Assembly (NCBI GenBank): GCA_965660855.1
Contig: CBFIBM010000008.1
Location: forward strand, 17,079-81,078
Source: an uncultured bacterium
Lineage (GTDB): Bacteria > Fidelibacterota > Marinisomatia > Marinisomatales > UBA1611
Length of the DNA stretch: 64,000 bases
Direction: 5' to 3'
Position 1 is the first letter of the stretch. Each line of letters starts with the position of its first letter. The translations under genes were made by a program, and so were the position numbers. This document shows positions 31,018-40,655 of this stretch, piece after piece. Under the pieces are notes generated by a model. The model did not search any database. It saw only the letters and a list, made by a program, of their open reading frames with translations, and had not been told where the DNA came from.

Positions 31018-32232
31018 TTACGATAATAAAATTTTAAAATAAAATAAAGGGTTTGATAATTCTTCTTTTGGTATTTCATGAGCTAACATTCCAGCTATTA
31101 TTTCTTGAACATCTTTATTCCTTGCTGCTCTATTAATAACAAAGTTTAAAAGAAAACTTGACTTTGCAAGACTTTGTAATCGAGTACTTGTCTTTAATTC
31201 TTTTCCTATTTCTTCCCACAGTATTTGATCATACTTCTTAAAAGAATTTTTACTAAAATCTTTTTTAGTTTTCGATTCTGCTAATATTTGCATAGCATAT
31301 TTTCCTGATACCATAGCATTTCCAATCCCTTCGCCAGTAAAAGGGTCAATTAAACCTGCTGAGTCGCCTATCAGCATAAATCTATCTCCACAATTTTCTC
31401 TATGGGTGCTTCCACAAGGTAAGTTCCACCCTCGTGGTTTTTCTAGCTTTTCAGAGTATTTAAATCTTTTTTTAAATGGCCCAGATTTAATAACTTGATC
31501 CAATATTTGACTTAATGTTCTACTATCATTTTTAGCATGATTTTTACTTAGACCTATACCAACATTTGCTTTATTATTTCCAATTGGAAAAAGCCACAAA
31601 TAACCAGGGTTAACTTCATTTAAATAATGTAATTCTATTTGATCAGTTAAACCTTTAACATTTGAATAATAACACCTTATTGCAATGGAGGTGTTTTTCA
31701 TATCCATTTTATATAAACCTGTTTTTCTTGCAATGATTGAGTTTGCTCCATCTGCTCCAACAACAACTGAAGAATGAATAATTTCATTTTCACCTTTATT
31801 ATTAATTCCTTTGACACCAACAATTTTACCATTTTTATAAACTAGATCTTTAACTTTAAAGCCTTCTTTAGTGTCTGTGACATCTTTTACCTTTTCGAAT
31901 AAAAAATTATCAAATATATGGCGCGGAATAACAAATCCTTTTGAAACATAATCTCTTTTCTTTGTTTTTGTTAAATGTAAATTGAATTGATTATAACTGG
32001 GACTACCAAATGTAATACGATTAATTGCTGCACCTTCTAATTTTTCTACATCATCTAATAAATCAAGCTCCCTCATTATTCTGATACACTTTCCAGAAAG
32101 TGCATCACCACAAATTTTATCTCTTGGAAAATAAGACTTATCTACAACAATAGACTTCAAACCAAACTTTTTTGCATATAAAGCTGCAGCTGATCCAGCT
32201 GGACCACCTCCAACAATAATAACATCATACAT
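31018..32232 (-). CDS. Geranylgeranyl reductase-family FAD oxidoreductase
   Basis: VGGGPAGS, FPRDKICGD, GADGANS, GYLWLFP, GDSAGLIDPFTGEGI. Confidence 0.85.
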   Translation of the reverse strand: MYDVIIVGGGPAGSAAALYAKKFGLKSIVVDKSYFPRDKICGDALSGKCIRIMRELDLLDDVEKLEGAAINRITFGSPSYNQFNLHLTKTKKRDYVSKGFVIPRHIFDNFLFEKVKDVTDTKEGFKVKDLVYKNGKIVGVKGINNKGENEIIHSSVVVGADGANSIIARKTGLYKMDMKNTSIAIRCYYSNVKGLTDQIELHYLNEVNPGYLWLFPIGNNKANVGIGLSKNHAKNDSRTLSQILDQVIKSGPFKKRFKYSEKLEKPRGWNLPCGSTHRENCGDRFMLIGDSAGLIDPFTGEGIGNAMVSGKYAMQILAESKTKKDFSKNSFKKYDQILWEEIGKELKTSTRLQSLAKSSFLLNFVINRAARNKDVQEIIAGMLAHEIPKEELSNPLFYFKILLS

Positions 32233-33047
32233 TATATTTCTTCATCTAAAAAATCAACAGCAAATGAAGGGTAAGCAATACCGTAACGAAAATAATTAGT
32301 TATCCTTAATATAAAAAAAAGAAAAAATAATGGGAGAATAAACCAAGGAGCTCTTACACATAAAAACATAGCGAAAGTAAAAAGTGGATAGAATCTTGCT
32401 CTTTGCAAATGTCTTACATGCCTAGGCCATAAAAGAGCAATTAAAGCATAAGGTGAAGAAACCATTCCTGCCGTGCTTATTATTGGATCATCAAATATTA
32501 TTCCTAAAGCGACCGCTAGTAGCATAATAAGTAATGAAGTAAATAGGTAAATCTGTTTATTTTCCCAATTTAAGACATCCCAGGTACCATTATCTATATT
32601 AAGGAGTAATTTAAATTGAAAAATTAAAATACAGGATACAAGAGCTAGATAATATGGAAATAAAAGAAATATATCATTGAACGTTGTACTGAAATTTACA
32701 TATCCAAAAAACATGAGCATGAAACCTATGATACTATGATGTATAATTTCCTTTAAATTCAAAATTTTACTTCCAAGGCTCCATTTCTTGTGATGGAATA
32801 AGTATAAAATAAAAAATATGCTTGTTAATATTAGTTTTAAGCTGCCCTCGATCCAAGTAGACCAATCCCAGTATGTGTACCTGTCATAGGAATGTGTATT
32901 TACCACAACTCCTGATACCACAATTGTCCAAATTGAAAATAAATGAATAAGACCTAGCCTATCAAAAATTTCACCAATATCAATAAAATAAGGTTTTATT
33001 TTTTTGTAAAAACTAGATTTTTTTGTAAATATCTTTTCTATTAACAT
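32232..33047 (-). CDS. Polytopic membrane protein of unknown function
   Basis: About 8 hydrophobic segments; translationally coupled to the GGR-family gene. Confidence 0.6.
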   Translation of the reverse strand: MLIEKIFTKKSSFYKKIKPYFIDIGEIFDRLGLIHLFSIWTIVVSGVVVNTHSYDRYTYWDWSTWIEGSLKLILTSIFFILYLFHHKKWSLGSKILNLKEIIHHSIIGFMLMFFGYVNFSTTFNDIFLLFPYYLALVSCILIFQFKLLLNIDNGTWDVLNWENKQIYLFTSLLIMLLAVALGIIFDDPIISTAGMVSSPYALIALLWPRHVRHLQRARFYPLFTFAMFLCVRAPWFILPLFFLFFILRITNYFRYGIAYPSFAVDFLDEEI

Positions 33048-33048
33048 C

Positions 33049-34422
33049 CTAACCTAAAATGGCATTTCCTGTTAATTCTAAAATAATCTCATTGATTAAA
33101 ATAAAACCTATTAAAATTGCAGAGATAATAAAAAATATTTTAAACATCAAGACGTCCTTATTAAAACTAAAAATCTTTTGTCCTAGCTCTTTAACAAAAG
33201 ACTTTACAGTCCATTCTTTTAAAATAAACAACGCTGTAAATAGTCCACCAATAGGTAACATATATTTAGATGATAGCTCATCCATAAAATCAAAAAATGT
33301 CTTTCCCATCCACCCTGTTAAATTAACACCCCCTCCCATAGATAAAGAGCAAAAAACACCCACAATTGTAATAATAATACCAAAGCCAATTGTGGACTTT
33401 TTTCTAGACCAGCCTTTTTGATCAATAGTGTAGGCTGTTACAACCTCTAAAATTGAAATAGCTGAAGTGAGTGCAGCCATAAATAGAAGAGTGAAGAAAA
33501 GTGTACTCCATACAATTCCGTATGTTAATTGTGGAAAGATTGAAGGTAAAACAAAGAATATAAGACCTGGACCACCTGCTGGGTCAGCATTTAAAGCAAA
33601 GACTGTTGAAAAGATCGCAACTCCTGCAAGCAATGCTATAAATGTATCTAAAAAAATAACCCATAAAGCCGACTTAATTAAATTTTGTTTTTTATTTAAA
33701 TAGCTACCATAGGTTATCATGGTTCCCATACCAAGACTTAGAGTGAAAAAAGAGTGACCAAGTGCCAAAACAATTGACGATGCAGTTAGGTCAGAGAATC
33801 TAGGAAAGAATAAAAATTTAAGCCCCTCTGTTCCACCAGGCATCAACAAACCTTTAATTGCTAATACAAACAGTAATAAGATTATAATTGGCATTAAAAT
33901 TTTAGACCAGGTTTCAATACCTTCCTTTATTCCATTAACAATAACATAAATACATAATGACATGAATACTACTTGGAAAAATATTGGAGACCAAGTTGAC
34001 TGAATAAAATTTGTAAAAAGAGTTGATGCAGCATCCGTATTCCCATCTAGTGGACTAAATCCACCGGAAATAGATATAGTAATATATTTTAAGATCCATC
34101 CACCAACCACACCATAAAATGATAAAATAACAAATGCTGAGCCAACACCTAAAAACCCTGCATATTTCCATTTTGTTTTAGGTGCTAAAACACTAAATGC
34201 ACCAACAGGACTTAATTGTGTTTTTCTTCCAATTGCGAATTCAGCAACTATTAAGCTTAGACCAATTATTAGTATAAATAACAGGTAAATAAATGTAAAA
34301 GCTGCTCCTCCATTTTGACCAGCAATATGAGGGAATTTCCATATATTTCCAATACCAACCGCTGAACCTGAAGCCGCTAAAATAAAACCTAATTTAGAGC
34401 CCCATTCTTCTCTATTTTTCAT
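33049..34422 (-). CDS. Sodium-dependent amino-acid transporter (NSS/SNF family)
   Basis: REEWGSKLGFILAASGSAVGIGNIWKFP, FFTLSLGMG, YGSY, GPGLIF. Confidence 0.92.
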   Translation of the reverse strand: MKNREEWGSKLGFILAASGSAVGIGNIWKFPHIAGQNGGAAFTFIYLLFILIIGLSLIVAEFAIGRKTQLSPVGAFSVLAPKTKWKYAGFLGVGSAFVILSFYGVVGGWILKYITISISGGFSPLDGNTDAASTLFTNFIQSTWSPIFFQVVFMSLCIYVIVNGIKEGIETWSKILMPIIILLLFVLAIKGLLMPGGTEGLKFLFFPRFSDLTASSIVLALGHSFFTLSLGMGTMITYGSYLNKKQNLIKSALWVIFLDTFIALLAGVAIFSTVFALNADPAGGPGLIFFVLPSIFPQLTYGIVWSTLFFTLLFMAALTSAISILEVVTAYTIDQKGWSRKKSTIGFGIIITIVGVFCSLSMGGGVNLTGWMGKTFFDFMDELSSKYMLPIGGLFTALFILKEWTVKSFVKELGQKIFSFNKDVLMFKIFFIISAILIGFILINEIILELTGNAILG

Positions 34423-34864
34423 CAGTATTTTCCTTATTTATTTTTGCAGGATTTTCAATTGAATTATTCATAACCTCATTAAAATCAATAAAATGTTTAT
34501 CCACTATAGAATCTAGCATGGAGTAAAAATATATAATACCAACCCACCATGCATATTTATTTCTTTTTTCAAGATATCTATTTTTTCTTAAATCGTATTG
34601 ATCAGGATTAGAATCATAATCTTTATATTTGGAAGAATTTAATAACCAATAATTAATTGCTGCTAGTTCTGCTCCAATTAATATTATTGATTTGACTATT
34701 TTTTTATTTTTTATTTGGCCTAATCCGGGAATCAAATAATATGGAATATTTTTAGTTTTTTTTTCATTTGAGTCTACTTTTTTTGCAACCAAAAAATTAC
34801 ATGTTACAATAAATAAAATTAAGTAAAGTTTCAAAAAATTAATTCCTAAAGAGTTGCAATACAA
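34412..34864 (-). CDS. DUF5683-like membrane protein
   Basis: IPGLGQ motif and YFYSMLDSIVD C-terminal motif; true start probably downstream of 34864. Confidence 0.6.
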   Translation of the reverse strand: MYCNSLGINFLKLYLILFIVTCNFLVAKKVDSNEKKTKNIPYYLIPGLGQIKNKKIVKSIILIGAELAAINYWLLNSSKYKDYDSNPDQYDLRKNRYLEKRNKYAWWVGIIYFYSMLDSIVDKHFIDFNEVMNNSIENPAKINKENTDEK

Positions 34865-35226
34865 TCTATCTCAATTAGTGCACCTAAAGGTAAGGCTGAT
34901 ACTTCGATAGTTGTTCTAGCTGGATATTCATAATTTTTAAAAAACAACTTAAATGCATCATTTACATCATTGAATTTTTTAAGGTCTGTTACAAAAACAT
35001 TTAGCTTCAAAATTGAACTTTTATCGAGACCTACTTCTTTTAAGATTAAATATATATTATCTAATACTTTCAATGCCTGCTCTTTCATACCTCCATTGAT
35101 CAATTCTAATTTCTCTGCATCAATTGCTATTTGTCCACTTGTGAATAATAATTTTCCCTCTACAACTGCGGTGCTATAAGGTCCAATAGCATCAGGTAAA
35201 TTTTTAGAAGTTATATTTTTTTTCAT
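34846..35226 (-). CDS. ridA: RidA/YjgF enamine-imine deaminase
   Basis: AIGPYS, TSGQI, PARTTIEVSALPLGALIEIDCIA. Confidence 0.9.
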   Translation of the reverse strand: MKKNITSKNLPDAIGPYSTAVVEGKLLFTSGQIAIDAEKLELINGGMKEQALKVLDNIYLILKEVGLDKSSILKLNVFVTDLKKFNDVNDAFKLFFKNYEYPARTTIEVSALPLGALIEIDCIATL

Positions 35227-35231
35227 TTTTA

Positions 35232-35663
35232 TTAAAATTTATTTTCCAGAACTATACAAGGAAGCCCAATATCATCATTTAGTTTCCTATAAGCTTCATT
35301 ATCAATTTTTTTAAGAAAAAACTCACCTACTGCAGCTACAGTTGTTTCAAAAAGATGACCTCCATATGTATTCATATCGTGATCACTCAAAACAACATGT
35401 GCGTGAGGAAAAGGAGCATCATTATTCAAGGTAATATTTCCCTCAAAACTTACTAACTCAAGAATATTGTCAAATTTCTTTTTTATATATTGTTTTTTTA
35501 AAATATCATAAGCTCCGATCTCGGTATTTTTAACTGCACCTATGCCAGAAATTTTTGCATTACTTATATTATTTTTTATGCAAAACTGTGTAAATGTTTC
35601 CATGATCTTTTCATTTTTTTCAATATAAATGAAGTAATCATCATTTATTTGTTTGTATTGCAT
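35232..35663 (-). CDS. DUF296/PPC-domain protein
   Basis: SGIGA, ELVSFEGNI, HAHVVLS, GGHL. Confidence 0.85.
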   Translation of the reverse strand: MQYKQINDDYFIYIEKNEKIMETFTQFCIKNNISNAKISGIGAVKNTEIGAYDILKKQYIKKKFDNILELVSFEGNITLNNDAPFPHAHVVLSDHDMNTYGGHLFETTVAAVGEFFLKKIDNEAYRKLNDDIGLPCIVLENKF

Positions 35664-35667
35664 TTAT

Positions 35668-38235
35668 CTATCCTTTTAATTTTTTGAGCACAAGCTTTTC
35701 TGTTTCATCTATAATCTTTTTCATGTTTAAACCTTTTTTACCCCCAGCCGTAGCCAGATGGGACTTTCCGCCTCCTCCTCCTCCCATAAAGCCACCAATA
35801 TCTTTTGCTAATTTTCCAGCGATTATACCAATTTTATTTAAATCTTCGCTTACTATTACGACAGCTGAAGTTTTGTCTAGTTCTTGATTAAAGACAACTG
35901 CTATACCACTCCTTAATTTTCCATAGATTTGGTCACCAATAGTTCTAAGGTCGATTTGACTACTTTCTAAGTTTTCAATTAGAAAACTATGGTCCCCTAC
36001 CTTCTTAAATTTATCTGAAAAATTAAACGAATGATTTTTATTAATATTTTGTTTTAATTCTTTTTCTAACTTCTTTTTTTCGCTTAATAAATCATCAATT
36101 CTAGAAATAATTTTATTTGGAGCAATATTTAATAAATTTTGAATTTTATTAATTATTAAATCATTCTTTTGCATTCTGTGGATTGATTTATTACCAGTGA
36201 CAGCAACCATTCTTCTTACACCACTTGATAATGATGATTCTTCGATAATTTTAAAAGATCCTATATCTCCGGTTCTTTTGACATGGGTTCCCCCACACAG
36301 CTCCATGGAGAAGTCTCCTACTTGAACTACACGTACTTCTTCATCATATTTTTCTCCAAAAAGTGCTTCAGCTCCATCTTTTTTTGCATCTTTAAAACTT
36401 TTTAATGAAAATAATAATTCATGATTTTCTAAAATTTCATAATTAACTAAATTTTCAATTTCTATTATTTCATCAATTGTTACTTTATTAAAATGTGTAA
36501 GATCAAATCTTAAATAATCAGATTCAACGAGTGAACCAGCTTGATTAACATGATCTCCTAAAACAATCTTAAGTGCTTTGTGAAGTAGATGAGTAGCTGT
36601 ATGATTTCTTTTAAGCTTTGATCTCTTTTTAGAGTCTACTTCGCATTTAACTTTTGAAGGTTTAATGAAATCTCCTTCACAAACATGTATAATCGAGTTA
36701 TTATCCTTTATAACATTAATTACATCTAACTGAAAACCCTGACCAGAAATAATACCTATATCACCAACTTGCCCCCCAGATTCTGCATAAAAAGGTGTTT
36801 TATCTAGGATGAGTAAAATTGAATCACCTGTTTTGGTATAACGCATAATATTTGATACAGACTCTAATGTATCATAACCAAGAAAGATAGAATCTTTATC
36901 ATCACTTAAAACTTCCCAATTTAAATTTTCTTTTTGAACTTTAAATTTTCCAGATTTTTTTGCTTTTAGCTTTTGAGCACTCATTAGATTTTCAAATGCA
37001 ATTAAATCTATTTCAAGATTCCTTTCTTTGGCTAATAACTGAGTTAAATCTATAGGAAACCCATACGTATCATATAGCTTAAAGCTCTCATCTCCAGAAA
37101 TGATTTGAACCTTTTTATTAGAAATAATTTTCTCAAAATGAATAAGACCTCTATCTAACGTTTTATTAAAAGATAATTCTTCAGACTTGATTACTTTTTG
37201 AATATAATTTTGTTTTTCTAAAACTTCAGGGTATATATCTCCCATTAATTCTCCAATTATTGGGACAAGTTTAAATAAAAATGGATCTTTTAGATCAATT
37301 TTCCTTCCAAATCTTGAAGCTCTTCTTAATATTCTTCTAAGAACATAACCTCTCCCATCGTTTGATGGGATTGCACCATCAGCAATTGAAAAGCAGAGCA
37401 TCCTTATATGATCCGCAATAACATTATGAGGAATAGGATTTTTTTTATAGGATTTTTTGGATATTTCTGAAAGCTTTTTAATTATAGGTTTGAATAAGTC
37501 CGTATCATAATTACTTTTTTTACCTTGTAAAACTGCAGCTATACGTTCTAAACCTGCTCCAGTATCAATGTGTTTATTAGGAAGTGGACTTAGTGAACCA
37601 TCTTTCAAACGATTATTTTGAATAAAAACAAGATTCCAAAGCTCCCAGTATTCATCAGACTCATTAACTCCTGAAGCTTTTTGATTTTTTAGATCATCAC
37701 CAACATAATAGTGTATCTCGGAGCAAGGACCGCAAGGTCCAGTATCTCCCATCTCCCAAAAGTTGTCCTTTTTACCCGATTTTAAAACCCTAGTATTGCT
37801 AATGTCTGTTTCTGATTTCCATAAATTATAGGATTCAATATCTTCTTCATAAACAGTGACCCAGAGTCTACGCTTATCTAGTTTCCATTCTTTAGTAAAT
37901 AATTCCCATGACCACTTAATTGCATCCTTTTTGTAATAATCACCAAAAGACCAATTACCAAGCATTTCAAAAAAGGTATGGTGAAATGAGTCTATACCAA
38001 CTTCTTCTAAGTCATTATGTTTTCCTGATACTCTTATACACTTTTGACTATTTACAACTCGTTTATTCTCAGTTTTTAATTCATCTAGAAAAATTGGTTT
38101 AAATTGATTCATACCTGCATTAGTAAATAATAAGCTAGGATCATCTAATGGAACAACCGAAGAACTAGGAATATTTTTATGGTATCTATTTTGAAAAAAT
38201 TGAATAAAAGTCTGTCTTATTTTTTTTGAGTTCAT
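35668..38235 (-). CDS. alaS: Alanine--tRNA ligase
   Basis: LFTNAGMNQFK, TFFEMLGNWSFGDY, GPCGPCSEI, editing HTATHLLH and ELCGGTH, GGGGGK; likely start MNSKKIR at 38235. Confidence 0.97.
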   Translation of the reverse strand: MNSKKIRQTFIQFFQNRYHKNIPSSSVVPLDDPSLLFTNAGMNQFKPIFLDELKTENKRVVNSQKCIRVSGKHNDLEEVGIDSFHHTFFEMLGNWSFGDYYKKDAIKWSWELFTKEWKLDKRRLWVTVYEEDIESYNLWKSETDISNTRVLKSGKKDNFWEMGDTGPCGPCSEIHYYVGDDLKNQKASGVNESDEYWELWNLVFIQNNRLKDGSLSPLPNKHIDTGAGLERIAAVLQGKKSNYDTDLFKPIIKKLSEISKKSYKKNPIPHNVIADHIRMLCFSIADGAIPSNDGRGYVLRRILRRASRFGRKIDLKDPFLFKLVPIIGELMGDIYPEVLEKQNYIQKVIKSEELSFNKTLDRGLIHFEKIISNKKVQIISGDESFKLYDTYGFPIDLTQLLAKERNLEIDLIAFENLMSAQKLKAKKSGKFKVQKENLNWEVLSDDKDSIFLGYDTLESVSNIMRYTKTGDSILLILDKTPFYAESGGQVGDIGIISGQGFQLDVINVIKDNNSIIHVCEGDFIKPSKVKCEVDSKKRSKLKRNHTATHLLHKALKIVLGDHVNQAGSLVESDYLRFDLTHFNKVTIDEIIEIENLVNYEILENHELLFSLKSFKDAKKDGAEALFGEKYDEEVRVVQVGDFSMELCGGTHVKRTGDIGSFKIIEESSLSSGVRRMVAVTGNKSIHRMQKNDLIINKIQNLLNIAPNKIISRIDDLLSEKKKLEKELKQNINKNHSFNFSDKFKKVGDHSFLIENLESSQIDLRTIGDQIYGKLRSGIAVVFNQELDKTSAVVIVSEDLNKIGIIAGKLAKDIGGFMGGGGGGKSHLATAGGKKGLNMKKIIDETEKLVLKKLKG

Positions 38236-38236
38236 T

Positions 38237-39823
38237 TTAAAATGTAAAACTTGTTTCAATGCTAGTCATATTATTCATTTCACCTGAATCAGAGACATCA
38301 CCATCTCCGTTTAAATCATTGAATGTTCTTCGGAAAACATAGGTGAGTAGCATACCATTACCTAAGTTTAGCCCAATATTATAACCCATGATAGTACTTT
38401 CAGAATATTCAAATTCAAAAGGGTTTGGGACATTTCGTTGTTGATAAAACCATGTTGCTTTCTGTATTTTGCTTATGGATTTCTTTAACCCTAGAATTGT
38501 GGTAAAACTTTTATTTGTTTCAGTTTCAAATTTATTCTCAACAGAATCATATTGTTGACCATTGAGATTTTGAAAGGATAACCTAGCATCAACTAACGAA
38601 CCTAAGTCCAAATTCAGTGAAGCGAAAAATCCATTTTGTTTACCATATGTTCCTAACTTTTTTGCTTTTGTAACAATCTTACCTTGATTGCCATTTATAC
38701 TTTGAAAAATTGCTCTTTCTATTTCATATGATCGATCGAAATAACCAAATTCAAAATTTCCATTAGGAACCATTCTAAACTCAAAATTTAACTTTGCAAT
38801 GCCTAATCTTGCAGAAATCCCAAATGGTATTATTCCATATCCAGCATCTATTTCTTTATCGTTAATAGGGTCAGTTGTTTTACCTAGAAGTGCTGCATAT
38901 TGCGAATAGGCATTAATATTGACTCCAGATTCAGAGTATATAGGAAATCCTATATCAACAGCAAAAGCATTAAATGATTCTTTTTCTTTATTAATATTTA
39001 TAGGATTAGGCTTTCGAATGATACTAGTATCTAAAATTACGATAGTATCTAAATTCCAACCTGGAATTTTGTTACTCAAAGTATCTGTTATACCGTCTCC
39101 ATCGATATCCCATTCTTCTTCTTCATCATCTGCTAAACCATCACCATCAGTATCTACCTGCCATTTTTTATTGTTTGGAAAGTCATCTACCAAATCAGGA
39201 GCACCATCATTATCCGTATCCTTTAACCCTAAATATTGATTTCTGTCTCCAACCCATGAAAAACCTAAATTAAAATTATATGAAACTGGAGCAGATGCGC
39301 GAAATCCAGTTAATCCAAAATTTTCCTTGAAGTCATTTGTAAAACCATGAATATTTACCCCGAATAGATAAGATTTAAATTCCATTCCAACTTTTCTATC
39401 TTGTGGGTAAAGTAAAGTGTTGGAGTAATTATTTAAAAGAATACCATAGCCCATAATTACATTATTAAGTGCACCTATTTGAAAATAGTTTTTCTGCCAT
39501 TTATTTCCGTACCGTACATAATAAATTTTATCCACTAGTGTATTCTTAACATCATTTCCTGATGAAAAATTCCAATCATCATCATGTATATTTCCATCTT
39601 GGTCAATATAAAGTACCAAATCAAAAGCCACAGATAACTTTCCAAATGGGATAATTGGGCGTAATGCGATTTGATTCCAGATTTTCCCGTCAATGGTAAC
39701 TGCACCAAATGCACCTTCTAGCGATTTTTGATTTGAAATATTATTATCAACTATATCATTATCTTGGCTAGAAAGTGAAGAAAAAAGAAAGAATAAGAGA
39801 AATAGATTAGATTTAAAATACAT
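38237..39823 (-). CDS. Probable outer-membrane beta-barrel protein with inserted acidic Ca-binding (thrombospondin type 3-like) repeats
   Basis: Signal peptide; alternating beta-strand pattern; C-terminal IETSFTF; DTDNDGAPDLVDDFP, DTDGDGLADD, DIDGDGITD, DLNGDGDVSD. Confidence 0.55.
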   Translation of the reverse strand: MYFKSNLFLLFFLFSSLSSQDNDIVDNNISNQKSLEGAFGAVTIDGKIWNQIALRPIIPFGKLSVAFDLVLYIDQDGNIHDDDWNFSSGNDVKNTLVDKIYYVRYGNKWQKNYFQIGALNNVIMGYGILLNNYSNTLLYPQDRKVGMEFKSYLFGVNIHGFTNDFKENFGLTGFRASAPVSYNFNLGFSWVGDRNQYLGLKDTDNDGAPDLVDDFPNNKKWQVDTDGDGLADDEEEEWDIDGDGITDTLSNKIPGWNLDTIVILDTSIIRKPNPININKEKESFNAFAVDIGFPIYSESGVNINAYSQYAALLGKTTDPINDKEIDAGYGIIPFGISARLGIAKLNFEFRMVPNGNFEFGYFDRSYEIERAIFQSINGNQGKIVTKAKKLGTYGKQNGFFASLNLDLGSLVDARLSFQNLNGQQYDSVENKFETETNKSFTTILGLKKSISKIQKATWFYQQRNVPNPFEFEYSESTIMGYNIGLNLGNGMLLTYVFRRTFNDLNGDGDVSDSGEMNNMTSIETSFTF

Positions 39824-39937
39824 TTTTCATCAGATTTATATTGATAAAATTAGTATTCAGCTAGAAATTGAACAATGGGTAAATAAGATTCAATTTACTA
39901 TTATGATAAATTTAATTTGAGAACAAAAAAAATAAGT

Positions 39938-40539
39938 ATGAAAAAGAGTATAATATCTATCCTTTTTTTTTATCTAATATACTTCAAGGAGAAAAAGCTC
40001 GCTTGGATGATATCTCCATAAGCTCAAAAAAGAATGGTATTATAGTGGAGTTTATTTGTACTTCAAGTATCCAAGAAAAAAATATAACAGGTTGGCAATC
40101 TAATTCTGGATGGTTTTATATCACTCTTTATAACTTTGATGGTGATTCCACAAAATTTTATCCAAAAAATATACCAGAGGAAATTTCAAAATTTCAAATT
40201 ATCAAGTTAGATGATTCTATTCAAATCGGCTTAAGAACATTTAACAAAATTGATTATATCGAATATCAAACAAAAAAAGAGAAAAACAGTGTTATTGCTA
40301 CATTGCATTATTCAAAAGACATACTCGCTCATGAGTTAAAAAATCATCCATCTATGAAATATACATACAATAAGAGAAAATTTGACGGTGTCAAAAAATG
40401 GCTTTATCTAACAGGTTTCTCTATTATAACCTCTAGCTTATTACATAATAATAGTGATAGCAGAAAGAATATTCAATTGACTACCGGTTCTGGAATAATT
40501 GCCATAACAGCAATTTTAGACCTAATTGGTTTTTTTTAA
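39938..40539 (+). CDS. Exported/membrane hypothetical protein; N-terminus frameshifted in a T9 run as assembled
   Basis: ORF track gives 40003-40539 (TTG). ATG at 39938 plus one extra T in the run at 39963-39971 gives MKKSIISILFFLSNILQGEKARLDD..., a signal peptide in frame with it. Confidence 0.55.
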
Positions 40540-40655
40540 TGAAAGAATCTATTATATACTTTTCTTTATTTTGGGTAATTGGATTTATTTGTTTAGGCAT
40601 TTATCTAAGATTTAAGTTTAAAAATCGATTTGATGAATTAAATGATAAATTATAA
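40539..40655 (+). CDS. 38-aa single-TM small protein
   Basis: MKESIIYFSLFWVIGFICLGIYLRFKFKNRFDELNDKL; TAATG coupling to the upstream gene; overlaps the downstream start at 40642. Confidence 0.6.
   Translation: MKESIIYFSLFWVIGFICLGIYLRFKFKNRFDELNDKL

Noticed and set aside
35761..35795. GC-rich CCT/CCG triplet run
   Set aside because: It encodes the conserved GGGGG motif of the AlaRS C-terminal domain and is not an independent repeat
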